Positions 37,451 to 49,943 of a stretch of 64,000 nt of DNA are shown in pieces. The translations under genes were made by a program, and so were the position numbers. The notes below the pieces were generated by a model. That model ran no database searches. It was not told the DNA's origin and saw only the letters and a list, made by a program, of their open reading frames with translations. Origin of the DNA: Azolla caroliniana (Eukaryota > Plantae > Polypodiophyta); assembly GCA_043228905.1 (NCBI GenBank), contig JBHGNT010000001.1, positions 22,382,001-22,446,000 on the forward strand, read 5' to 3'. The first letter of the stretch is position 1. Every line of letters begins with the position of its first letter.

Positions 37451-39893
37451 AATAGGTGGGCCTGCTAAAGTAGCATAGTACGCATGTAACTTCACGACAT
37501 TGTGATCCTTCATAGAGGTCACAATCTTCTGTGGTTCAAGTTCCTATTGTCCCACTCAGCTTTTACATGTTCAACAATGTTGTTCAGATTCTCCAACTTA
37601 TGTGAAACTTGAGTTTACTGCAATTTTCTTCTAACACATACACTAGATCATGACCACAATGAAATTGCATATCTCAAAAATTCCATTTGTTTAGTTTGAC
37701 AAGCCATACTTACCACAATCATTATAATTTAGTTTGTCAACGCGGATTTTATGCTCCTCTTGAATCATTGAGATATCAAGATTTCATCCAAAAATGTTAT
37801 GGTAAAGATCTTGAGGAACTTTAGAAAATACTAATTTCCATGTGTTGAAAAATGTCTAGTATGTTTGTCATATTGAAGGCATAATAGTTTGCAAATATGT
37901 TTACGTATTACCACAAATAATCTTCCATTCATCCCCTTGAAGAATATGAACAAGCTTGTGCTCAACTCAAAGATCTTGCATTATGAAGTATTTGGCCCCA
38001 ATAGGATGCTCCAAAAGACTTGGGTTAACGAGATTGGATATTATTTCATGTAGTGACCTTATTCAATCCTCGATAATCCATGACCAAATAAGGAGAACCA
38101 TCTTACTTCTAATGAAGAAGATGAGCTCCAACGGGGAGAGATTATAGATTGGGCCTCCTTTTCTCAATATGGCTATCATATGAACAATTGCTCTGTGAGT
38201 GTCTTGGTCTTCACTTTATTGAAGAAATCTACAAACACTTGGCTTTTTATTGGTAGTTAAGTTTTTGAATTATTCAAGATGGATGGTAGATTTTCGAACA
38301 TTAAAAATACAAACATGTCCTATCTCCTTCAGATAACCTCAATATAGAGATAGTTGTGGAACCCAAACCTCAATATCATTTTCTTCAAAAAAATGAACTT
38401 TGGGATCCCAAATCATCTTCGGATTTTTTAGGTCAAACCAAGGCAAACTAAGAGTCACTAGATTTTCAAGACTAGAAATAATGAAGAAAATCCAAATAAC
38501 CGTTTCCTCAAAAAATTAGAGAAAAAATGAAGAAAATTTGTCACATTTTTTTATAAACCAAAGAGAATAATGTCATATTCCTTACTTTTCTCAACCTTAT
38601 ATGCTCATTATTTCCAATCTAGAATATTTGTCATAGAACAAATGTATACAAAAACTGTGGCCATATTTTGATATGGGGAGAACCACCCTTTATTAGGTAA
38701 CCATGGGTAGTGCCTGGCAAGCTTGTGATTAGAAGGCATGGTTTGATTAAGTTTCAAAAGGCATTGAGTTTGTTTGGTTGTAAACTTCATCCCCTAGGAG
38801 AATTGTTAACTCCACATGCCACGAGGATTTGCTTTTTCATGTTGGGGGCCAATTGTAACCAATTGTATACAAGGAAAACCCATCATAACCCATTGAAATT
38901 CTATGAATAATATGGTTTCTTGTAATGTAGCTAATATTTTATTCACTAAAAGCATTTTGAAGGGATTAATTAGGTGTAGGAAGCATCCCTTCATGGAGCT
39001 CCATATGTGTGTATGAGAGAGAAAAAGAGGTGTGCTTGTTGACAATGTAAGCTCTCTATGCATTGACACGATATGTGAGAGGGTGGGGCCATGAGAGGCA
39101 CAATGATGTGAGAGAGAATGTCTAATGATGAGATCTAGCAGTCGAATTCCTATATTGTTGTATACACCAAGCGTTGTTATGGGAAGCAATGTCATATTCT
39201 TTGGTTTAACAACCCTATGAGGCTTCATATATCCAATCTAGAATATTTATCATATGCCAAAATGTATATAAGAAATATGTTCATAATTTAATTTATGGGA
39301 ATTACAGTCTATTAGGTGATAATGGCCAATAGCCAATGAGCTTGTAATGTGAAATGAACACTTCAAAATTTTGGCTTAATAACAAGGCAAAGTGTTGTCC
39401 ATAGGCCAGAAATATAAACATATTATGCAAACTCGCCGTCAGGTAGAAGAGTAGGTGAGGAAATAGGTAAGACTAGAAATAGCCGTGTTTTAGCCCTCAC
39501 AATCAGACGATGGCTCGGCTCTGTCTCAAGAGGGAAACAATATAACCCGAGTTATGCATACCTCAAGGGGGAATTATCTAGATCATTCTTAGCGAGAGGA
39601 ATATCCTAGCAGCAAGCTCTGTACGAACTGTTTCCGGCTGAGAGCCGAGTACTGTAATCACTATGAGCTTTATCATTTAATATAAGTTTCGTTTTTTCTA
39701 AACTTCTATTTGTGTATTCTCCCCGTACTCGTAAATCGAGCTACGTTATGCCTAACGGGTTGTAGCCGGTGTATGCTCCTCGTTCTCCTTTCTTTTTCCC
39801 CGTGTAGAAGAGGCTTCCACGTAACACGATCCCTTGATATCGATAGCTTGTGGGCTCATCGAAGGTGTTTCCCCATAAACGGTTAACACAATT

Positions 39894-39906
39894 TGGCACG
39901 CCTAGT
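39894..39906 (+). other. Primer binding site, tRNA-Arg type (truncated)
   Basis: TGGCACGCCTAGT, 5 nt after the 5' LTR; resembles the TGGCACGCCCAGTGGGAC PBS of plant non-chromoviruses. Confidence 0.8.
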
Positions 39907-42900
39907 TACATATGTAAGATCACAGCGAACTACGTTGGAAGCAAACCCAGCAAGTTCCAAAGTGGGAACTACTCCGACAATTCTTTTCCATGAGCCAAGA
40001 ACCTCAGAGATGGTCGCCCAGTTCACGATCCAGTTTCAGGATCTCTACCGACAACTGGCTGACGATGTCTCCGCTCATCACATTCTGGATACCTTCCTGT
40101 CCAGCCTACGGGAGCCTCTACGGACGACTGTCGCACTTACAAACTTTCTCCAACCAAACTATCAAGCAAGTCATCGCACGTGTCCTCGCCATCGATCGGA
40201 CACAACATAACACGGTTTTCTCCATGGGCTCCTTGCAAAGCTCCCTTCCTCAGGAGGACAATCGTTTCCAACAAGCCCTCCAATGCATGACCTGCTCAGG
40301 CTCAGGCCATTTGTCTCTTGATTGCCCTCACCGGCCACATTGCCCAATATGTCAGTCTCGAGCTCACATGATCGAACAATGTGAGTACAACATGCTCAAC
40401 TGCACAATGACGGCTCCAGTTCGCCAGATCGAGTTGCGCAATACATACTCCCGGCAGGATGAACGTCAGTCATACCGACATCGGGCAAACGAGCGACCAC
40501 GATCCCCGGATCGCCATCGCCACGACGACGACTACCGTCGCCCCGACAATCGCAGGAGATCAGACGACCGTGACCAGTACCACGATGACCAATATAGAGC
40601 AAACGATGAGTACGATCGGTATGACGACGACCAGGAGGACCGGTACGATTAGCGGTATTCACGAAACGATCGACAAAACTCTTATAAAGGTTTGAGGAAC
40701 AATCGTCGTCAGGACCCCCCTCCAAACCCCCCGCACGCCACGCCACAGGCCAACACGCCTACCCAAGCGGTCGGGAACCAATCAAAATCCTTCCCACACA
40801 CTAAGCACGGTGACACCAGCAACTCGGCATCTGTTATCTACTTTAAGTGTAACCAACCCGGCCACTACGCTACCCAATGCCCAACCACGGACCGCGGCAA
40901 GGCCCCGATTGTGAATACTATTATGGTCGACGTCCAACACGTCACTACACGTAGCAAGACCCATGCCAGCCAATGGCAAGAACAAGATGACATCTGACAA
41001 GAAGCCAATGAATGGATTGAGACCGCCAATAAAAGCAACGTGGCACGGATGCACACAAAGATGCAGGACGTGACCATCGACGCACCACTAACCGCAGGAC
41101 CATCAACCACGGCAAAAGATGACCATCTATGGGAAGCCCTTTCAAGCGCTAGGATCTCACTGCCATTACATAAGTTGTTACCGCTCATGCCACGTTTTCG
41201 GGATACCTTGGCTAAGCTCATGAATAACGACATATCGGTTGCACCCCCTGTTAACTTGACGGAGCCAAGGACAGGCCCACCCCTAATGGATTCCCAGAAT
41301 CCAGCCGTGAAAATCATGATTAAAGGACGCGACCTTCATGGGTGCATAATCGACGGTGGCTCCGGGGTGAATGTCATCAGCGAGGCCACATGTCACACCC
41401 TCGGCATAAACCAATGGGAGCCTTGCCCCTTTTGGCTGCGGATGGCTGATACGCGATCGGTTCGCCCCATCGGGTTAATCTGCCACCTTGATTTCACGTT
41501 AAGCGGCCACATGTTCACTATCTCGGCAGTCGTGTTATGCCTCGAAGCTCCGAGCGCTTACCCAATGCTGCTTGGCCGACTCTGGCTGCGCACAGCAAAT
41601 ATTAAACAACATTGGCAACGGAATATGATCTCCTTCCGCCAGGTGAAGTCCAAGGTACGGGTAATAACAGAAGAACGCCTAACCACACCCCACAACACTA
41701 AGCCCTTATATGCGAAAGGGGTACACATGCTCGACGGCTTAGCCGACGAAGAGGTGGATGACTTCCTAGAAGATCACCCCACTATCATACCCCTCTTCGA
41801 AATAAATGCCATTTCGAGTTTCGGCACACAACTGGACGAGGATGGCATGACATATTCCCTTCGAAAGGATGAAGCAGATTCCACAACTATCGCGGAACTA
41901 CGACAAGCTCGGGACGCGTTCGAACGAGAACTCACCATCTCCCAACAGGTAAAAGCATCAACGCTCGAGTCATTGAACCTCGGCTCAGATGAGAACCCGC
42001 AGACACTTCAAATCGCTAATAACTTACCAACTGACGAACGGTCAACCCTGATACGCCTGCTCACGGAATATCAGGATGTATTTGCTTGGTCTTACACTAA
42101 TATGAAGGGATTGGACCCCCAATGTTACCAACACAAAGTACACCTCCTACCGGACACTTGGGCGATCCAACAACGACGATACCGTATGAATCCCAACTAC
42201 ACGGCTAAGGTCAAAGAGGAAATCGACAAACTCCTTCGAGTAGGCTTTATACGCCCAGTAAAAAGAGCCACATGGTTAAGCCCAATCATCGTGGTCCACA
42301 AGAAAAACGGGAAAATCCGCGCTTGCTTTGATTACCGCAAACTCAATGTTGCGACTGTCACGGATGGGTTTCCTCTTCCGTTCACGGATAGTGTCTTCAA
42401 CATGGTGGTTGGTCATGAATGCTACAGTTTCCTCGATGGGTTCAGTGGCTATAATCAAATCCGAATGTACCCGGACGATCAGGAGAAAACGGCGTTTGTC
42501 ATGGACTGGGGTGTCTTCGTTGCCGAGGTAATGATGTTGGGATTAAAAACGGCACCGGCCATGTTCCAACGCATCATCTCAGAGATTTTCAATGAGTATA
42601 TTCCGGCGTTCCTGCAAGTGTTCCTCGACGACTTTGCCGTGTATGGCCAGCGGTGGGAGCATATGACCCAGCTACGGCTCTGTCTCGAACGATGTCGACA
42701 CGCTCACTTGAGCTTAAATTCGGCAAAATGCGCGTTCTTGGTGACAAGCGGCAACCTACTCGGGCACATAGTCAGCCAAGAAGGTATCGCCATGGACCCG
42801 GATAAAGTGCAGGCCATTTTGAATGCCCCCGCGCCCTCTACCGCGAAGGCTCTCAGCAGATTCTTGGGCCAAATTAGATGGCATAGCCGGATGTTGCGAC

Positions 42901-44860
42901 ACCTGGCCGATTTCGCGACCCCTTTGCACGCGGCGGTGCATAGAATCCCATTTCAGTGGTCTTCAACAGAAGACGAGGCATACCAAGCCTTGAAGTTAAT
43001 GCTCTCCCATGCCCCTGTGGTACAGCCACTGGTCTGGTCGGAACCTTTTCACGTCTTCGTAGACGCATCAGATATAGCCATCGGCAACGTGCTCATGCAG
43101 CGTGCTCATGCAGCGCACACCACCAAATTGGTACCGGCCAATGTATTATGCTAGCCGACGACTCTCGGCCACGGAAAAGAACTACTCAACCACTGAACGT
43201 GAGGCCCTCGATATGGTCTACAACATCAACAAATTCCGGCATTATCTCTTAGGCCGGAACTTCACATTCCCCATCGACCACTCGGCCCTCCTCTACTTGG
43301 TTAATAAGCAAGCCCTCACAGGTCTCCTGGCCCGATGGATGCTCCTGCTACAGGAGTTTGATTTTCAGATCCAGCATCGGCCCAGCGTCCAACACGCCGT
43401 AGCTGACTACCTGAGCCGCCTCGAGTCAGGCGAACCAGCTGCGTCCACGTACGATGATTTACCTGACGCCGCCCTTTTCAGTCTCGCAACGGTGCCAGAC
43501 GCAAATGAGGATGAATGGATCGCAGAGATGACCCATTTTCTTAGCACATGCCTTCCTCCTGACCACTTGACCCTCGACGCTTGGAAACGACTAGCTGTCA
43601 GGAGCCGAAATTTCTATCTCGTCTCCGACACTCTTTACCACAAAGGCTCGGATGGCATCTGGTGTTGTGCAATCCGTCAATTTGAGAAATCCGCAATCCT
43701 CCAGGAGGCACATCATGGAATCGTGGGGGGACATTACGCTAGAGAGGCCACGGCAAGGAAAATATGGTAGAGTGGCTTGTGGTGGCCCACAACAAAAAAA
43801 GATGCTCATGAATTCTGTCGACAATGCGATCTATGTCAGCGCATGGGACAACCGACCGAGCAAGCCTGGATACCGCACCAACCCATTCTTCCGTTAGAGC
43901 CCTTTCAAAAGTGGGGGTTAGATTTTGTAGGACCTTTTAAACCAGCAGCAGCCCGCACCAGTAACAAATACATCATCGTGGCCACGGACTATTGCACAAA
44001 ATGGGTCAAGGTTAAGGCACTGCGGGGCAATACCGCTACATCCACGGCAAAATTCGTATACGAACATCTATGGTACCGATATAGATGCCCAATCGAGCTC
44101 ATTAGTGACCAAGGCGGGCATTTTCTAAACCACATAATTCGCGAACTCACTACACACTACGTGGTCATACATAAGAAAAGTACGGTGTACTATCCACAGG
44201 CAAATGGATTGGCAGAGTCGACTAATAAAATTTTGCAAAAAATCCTGAAAAAGATCGTCAATGAGAACCGCACCGATTGGGATGACAAGCTCTAGAGTGC
44301 ATTATGGGCGTATCGCACCACATTCAAAACTAGCATTCAGTCTACACCCTTTTGGATGGCCTTTGGTTTGGAAGCAGTCATGCCAATCGAGTTCCAAGTT
44401 CCGAGTCTCCAAGTTCAAGTTAAGGAAAGTCTACACGAGGCTCAATTAGAGCAATATCAACTCAAACAACTCCTCAAACTCGGCAAACAAAGAGTAGCCA
44501 GCATGGCTCACCTGAAGCAACGCCAACGACAACACAAAGCCTTCGTTGATCGACACCGGAAAGGGTACGGAGAAAGCACTTACCATCGGCAAACTGGTGC
44601 GGGTCTTCCAAACACGACTCAGTGCTATGCTGGGTAAATTACGATTTCGATGGATAGGCCCCTTCTGGATCATTGACGAGTTTAATGGCACATTCCAACC
44701 CGGCACACTTGTTGGTGACATCGTCAAGAGCTAGGTAAATGGCTTCCGACTTCGACCTTACCACGGGACGACCCCAGTTAATCCATTCGCCAAGACCGAC
44801 GGCACGGACCAGAACACGGACGATGCCTCGAATGAGGCAACGTGTCCCCATCGGTAAAAT
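39907..44860 (+). pseudogene. Disrupted Gypsy gag-pol
   Basis: Zinc knuckles CMTCSGSGHLSLDC and KCNQPGHYATQC; PR IIDGGSGVNV; RT FLDGFSGYNQI and VFLDDFAV; RH VDASDIAIG and NYSTTERE; IN WGLDFVGPF, SDQGGHF and YPQANGLAE. A 13-bp duplication (43090-43115) frameshifts RH. Confidence 0.93.
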
Positions 44861-45354
44861 CATGACCTACCCACCAAATGTATATAGTAGGAATGATTTT
44901 TAGTAGTTAAATTAGCATTACCTAAAATTACCTAACTAATCACCCCAAATCACGAGATTTTTTTTAGGCGCACCAACTAGTCACATCCACTTTAAAATAT
45001 AATATTTAAGGAGCATGCACACTAGACTAGCACTCTTGGGACGCGTGGCCATAATACCTTATTATGGCAGCCACGACCAAGAATCTCAAGGATCTTCTCC
45101 CTGCACAAAATCCTAGGCAGTCACATAAAAGAAACTACCCCACACACAACGCGCCTACTCACTCAGACGCGTTCTTGCCTTCACCGCCTTCAAGCTCCAC
45201 AGCTCTATCTCGTTCTCATCGCCCCTACCAACGGACTCCTACCTCTCGTCCTCATAGCCCTTGCACAGACCAACAACGTTCCCCCAACGCTCTATCTCGC
45301 CCTCGTCTCATCGCTTCCCCCCACGCCTCCAGCCAGCAAACCTTCGCATCCACC

Positions 45355-48300
45355 ATGCCTCTTGCCGCATCGCAAGAAACCCGTTCTTGGCTACAATAAC
45401 GAGGACTGGGTGGGTACTTATGGGTCATCGACGCCCCAATGCACCCTGACGCCCAAGCGATAGCACGCAGAATCCACCCTGACATGGTATCCAACAACAT
45501 GATTCGAGCGGCTCTAGACCTTGCGCAGGGCGGAGATCCATGAGGTCGAAATCCCTCCCCACTCAATCATCAAGGAATATTTTGGGATCTATTCGATGTC
45601 GGGTAAAAAGCTTACCGCACTTACGGAGGGCCAAACAAAGCTTTTGGGGAGATCGCCCGGATTTTGATGGAATACGCCTTTGTGCATACAAATCCCACGA
45701 GTATGCCACAGAACAAAGCTGCCATCATCATCCAGGCGTATGAAGGCGACAAAATCGATTGGGGAATCATCACCGGCGAAGGAGTCCATGCGGCCCTCAA
45801 ATCTTTTCAAACCGGTAAACGTTTGTTGCCTATGATTAATCACTTCCTCACAGTCCTCTACCCACCTCCTTCGGTTTCCCCTCGTCGCATCCTGACCTCC
45901 CCCCCACCACCAAGGAAACAACGGGAGAAGACTTTGGCGTTAACCCAAGAAGAATGGGAAGACCCCTCACCTTCTCCACCGCCCTCGGCCATCCGGAACC
46001 CTACTTCCACCTCGGCACCAGCCCCACCAAAAACACAGAAACAACGGGCGTTAACAGCGACCCGTGTCGAATGGGACGAGGCCGAGGAGCCCATCACCGC
46101 GGATGTCACCATACGCCAAAAAATGTCAAGGACATCAATGCCCTCTCCACAACCGAGCCCACGGCCCACAAGCCAGCAGCACTCAAGCATACTGCAACAA
46201 AAGAGCGAAGAAGCCGAGGAGCCAACACCACCAGGCCCGGACTCACAGGATCAGCCGCCAAAAAGACGCCGCATCATTCGAGAGTCAAACACAGCAACCG
46301 AGGCCAACCATCCTCAGAAATCAAAAGAGGCTAGCCCGACCTCCACGGCCTTGGTACCAGCGGAGTCATGGCTCCAAGTCGGTAGGATTTAGCATGGACA
46401 AACCACGCAGATATCAGAGGAGGAAGTCCTCAGTTACAAAGATCTCCCCGCGGAGGCATATGAGTTCAGTGCACTACTTCGACTGGGCACAACATATGAG
46501 TTAATGGATTTCCTCGCGCGCGCCCAAGTAGTTGCCGCCGCTCGTATGGCCGAGGAGCACGCCGAAACAAAGATGATCCAACGCGCTCTAATGGGAGAAC
46601 TCGAACCTCACGAGGATCGAGCCTTACAGAAGATAGGACGGAAGAAGCAAGCACAGAATGCTTCGCTCCTCATGGAACTACCAGATCTGAACACAACCTT
46701 AGTCGAGGCGTATTGAAATCTGCACCACACTACTCGGGCAGCAAAGGACATGGCCCGACGTATCAAAACGGCGCATCAGCGAGCCAAACGGGCTACCGAC
46801 CTATGGCAAGCCGTCAATGAGAAACTGGCGACATTCAAGCAGCAACATCCAGAACATCCGCCCTTAAGCCTCCCTACGCCGAGTGACGTTGTCTCACCAG
46901 CCACTCTTCCGAACCCGAGCTTGAGCACTGCGGGTACCGAAGCACACAAAGACGACACCGCTCACCCCAGGGTTGCCACGGTCAATGCCAGCACAATGAC
47001 GGACTTGGTACAGACAAGTGAGCCATCATCACGGGCAAATATCAACCCGTGCCCCCAAACCAGCCATGCCTCCACGCAAACGCGACCACCACCGGTCATC
47101 ATGGAACGATCTACACAGACAAACAGGGAACCCTCTCCCCAAATCCAACAAGCGGCAACCCAGACCAGGCCTCCCCTTTGGGACTACCAAGAGGAGCTTA
47201 AGGCCTAGATCGTTATGGCTGAGTTAGTAGAACAGAACCACAACAACATTCTTGGCCAACTACAAGAACAAGTCGTGGGTCGCGAAGCTGACCTCAAGCG
47301 ACTGCTCGCTGAAAGCTCGACTGCACTCAAAGAACAAGAACGAGAGGTGATGACCCTTCAGGTCTCTATCACCGAGGCCAAAGAATGTTTCATCAAAGAA
47401 GCGGAGCGGAATAGCCAATGGGAACAAGAGCTATTCACAGACAACCAGGAATTACAACGTCATCAAAGGGCCTTACAAGAAATGGCAAACGAACATATGC
47501 AGAAGTGGAGGATCTCGGAAGAGCAAAGGACAAAAATTTCCAATGCGTATCACCAGTTGCAATCAGAGCACATCGTCACCAAAGAACAACATCGAGACGC
47601 TTGGAGACAAGACATGGACGAAACTATAGCTCAACTCACCAAACGTTATGAGCAAAAGATAATCAAGCTACTTTAGCGCTCCTCGTCCGCAAAAGCCAAG
47701 AAGAAGCCAAGGCCGCAAGGGAGGAAGTGGAAGTTCACCGAGCTAGCATCGGCATGGACAATACTAAAATCAAGATCCTGATCAACAAGTATCGCCAACA
47801 ATTCACCAAGAAGATCGAAGAAATGCTTGACCATGTCTGGAAGGAGTGGTCAGCCCAAGCCGTGGACCTACACATCTTACGCGCGGATGCCGAGAACCGA
47901 CGGAAGGAGGGCCGAGGGTTTTACAAGATGGATGACACCAGCATCCAGACCCTCCGTGAAGACTTAACTGAGGAATATCATACCTTAGCAGCGTCCCACA
48001 CCGCGGCCATCGAGCAACTTTTAGAGGAATTCAACGATGATCTAATGGTGTTTCGCTTAGAAGCCGAAGCTTATGAGGAGGAACGCCTACCTACCGGGAT
48101 TAACAGAGCTCCCACGACCAACGAGCAAGGACCCGAGCCACCCACCATGGAAGCTAGACCGGAGGAACATGCCCCTACAGACCCCCACATCCCACTCGAG
48201 CCACAGACTACAACCACGACCTTGTCTGAATCGGTCCCAACGGAGGAGGGCGCACACGATGACACAGCCATCCCCGACTCGGCAACAAAACCTCCATCAC

Positions 48301-48374
48301 CAATCCCACCTTCCGAGCAACCAGACCAACCCCACGCCCCCAAGGATATCCTCGGCATATTGGAAGAGGAATAA
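45355..48374 (+). pseudogene. Extra sense ORF (~1000 codons, disrupted) between integrase and the 3' LTR
   Basis: Consecutive long ORFs (45664-46392, 46504-46716, 46750-47208, 47215-47676, 47727-48374): globular N-term, Pro/Ser-rich linker, coiled-coil-like E/Q/K-rich part. Confidence 0.7.
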
Positions 48375-48465
48375 AACAAACCTATAAGCCCTTGTATAAA
48401 CAGGAAATTTTTGTAATTTGTTTTGTTTTTGCCAAATCCATGGTTACCCCTCCACATTGTGAACC

Positions 48466-48505
48466 GTGGGTCCGACGGACAAAGTCCTGTCCCACGGGCG
48501 TGCCA
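48466..48505 (+). other. tRNA-3'-end-like sequence (inverted PBS) occupying the PPT position
   Basis: GTGGGTCCGA-CGGACAAAGTCCT-GTCCCACGGGCGTGCCA, then GG and the 3' LTR TGTTG. Its reverse complement TGGCACGCCCGTGGGAC matches the PBS. Confidence 0.8.
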
Positions 48506-49222
48506 GGTGTTGTCCATAGGCCAGAAATATAAACATATTATGTAAACTCGCCGTTAGGTAGAAGAGTAGGTGAGTAAATAGGTAAGACTAGAAATAGCCG
48601 TGTTTTAGCCCTCACAATCAGACGATGGCTCAGCTCTGTCTCAAGAGGGAAACTATATAACCCGAGTTATGTATACCTCAAGGGGGAATTATCTAGATCA
48701 TTCTTAGCGAGAGGAATATCCTAGCAGCAAGCTCTGTACGAACTGTTTCCGGCTGAGAGCCGAGTACTGTAATCACTATGAGCTTTATCATTTAATATAA
48801 GTTTCGTTTTTTCTAAACTTCTATCTGTGTATTTTCCCCGTACTCGTAAATCGAGCTACGTTATGCCTAACGAGTTGTAGCCCGTGTACGCTCCTCATTC
48901 TCCTTTCTTTTTCCCCGTGTAGAAGAGGCTTCCACGTAACACGATCCCTTGACACCAATAGCCTGTGGGTTCATCAAAGGTGTTTCCCCAGAAACGGTTA
49001 ACACAAAGACCCTGATCTAAAAATGACCTCTTGGTGGCCTAACTTTTTGGGTCACGTTTTGTTCCTCGTTCTATTCCCATTATATCAACTAAGATTCATT
49101 CTCTTCCATGTAGATTTTCCACACTAGTTGATTGAGATATACATGTGTATTACTTAGTTAATGTATGTTTACTTGAAACGCCTCGTAGATTTCTTCTCAG
49201 TAATTATCTACTTAATTAATAG

Positions 49223-49943
49223 TGACAGGAACTGCACGCTCCCTATGCGCAACGCTCGGCCACAACCGAGCTTAGAAACATACACAGAAAAACGGGGAAT
49301 GGATGCACGACACAAAAGGAGAGAAGAGTACACAGGATGTTTAACGTGGAAAACCCTGAGAGGGAAAATCCACGGGAGTCCACAGACTCCAAACTATCAC
49401 TATATCACAATGATTACAACGGTGAGCTCATGGAGGCAACGACCTCGTGCTCACGATCTTCGCCACAGGCGGTGGTTACAACAGAGGCAATGACCTCTTC
49501 CTCTCTCTCTCTCTCTGTGTACACTGTTACACACTCTCAAATCTTGCACCAACAAGAATGACAACTACTACAAAAGAGTTTGCCCTAAGTCATATTTATT
49601 CTAATATGACTTTTCGGCTATTTACACATTTAGCCCCGATGGACTCTCAGAAACATATTTACGAATATGTCCCTTCATCCGGTGAGCACTCCTCACCAGG
49701 CCTGCATCATCCGGCGCTTGCCGGGTACTCGTCATCCAGTTCTCACCGGGTCTTCCGTAGCCGGGTACTCCTCATCCTGTTCTCACAGGGTCTTCCGTAG
49801 CTGGGTACTCTTCATCCGGTTCTCACCGGGTCCGCACCATCCGGCTCATGTCGGGTACTCCACATCCGGTTTCAATATTGTTCATCACTTCCCATCAGTA
49901 CTGTTCTTCTCACTTCCCATCCGGAGGGACCTGTTTCCTAACA
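49223..49943 (-). repeat. Solo LTR of Copia family B, TSD AATAG
   Basis: TGACAGG...CCTAACA; AATAG at 49218-49222 and 49944-49948; family boxes present. Confidence 0.92.

Larger units (their letters stand above)
39393..49003 (+). mobile_element. Full-length non-chromovirus Ty3/Gypsy LTR retrotransposon with extra 3' ORF, TSD CAAAG
   Basis: 496-bp LTRs 39393-39888 and 48508-49003; CAAAG at 39388-39392 and 49004-49008; gag-PR-RT-RH-IN order; no chromodomain seen. Confidence 0.97.

Noticed and set aside
38612-39350. Degenerate direct repeat (TCCAATCTAGAATATTT...) about 620 bp apart
   Set aside because: Too decayed to define termini or a TSD; not assignable to an element.
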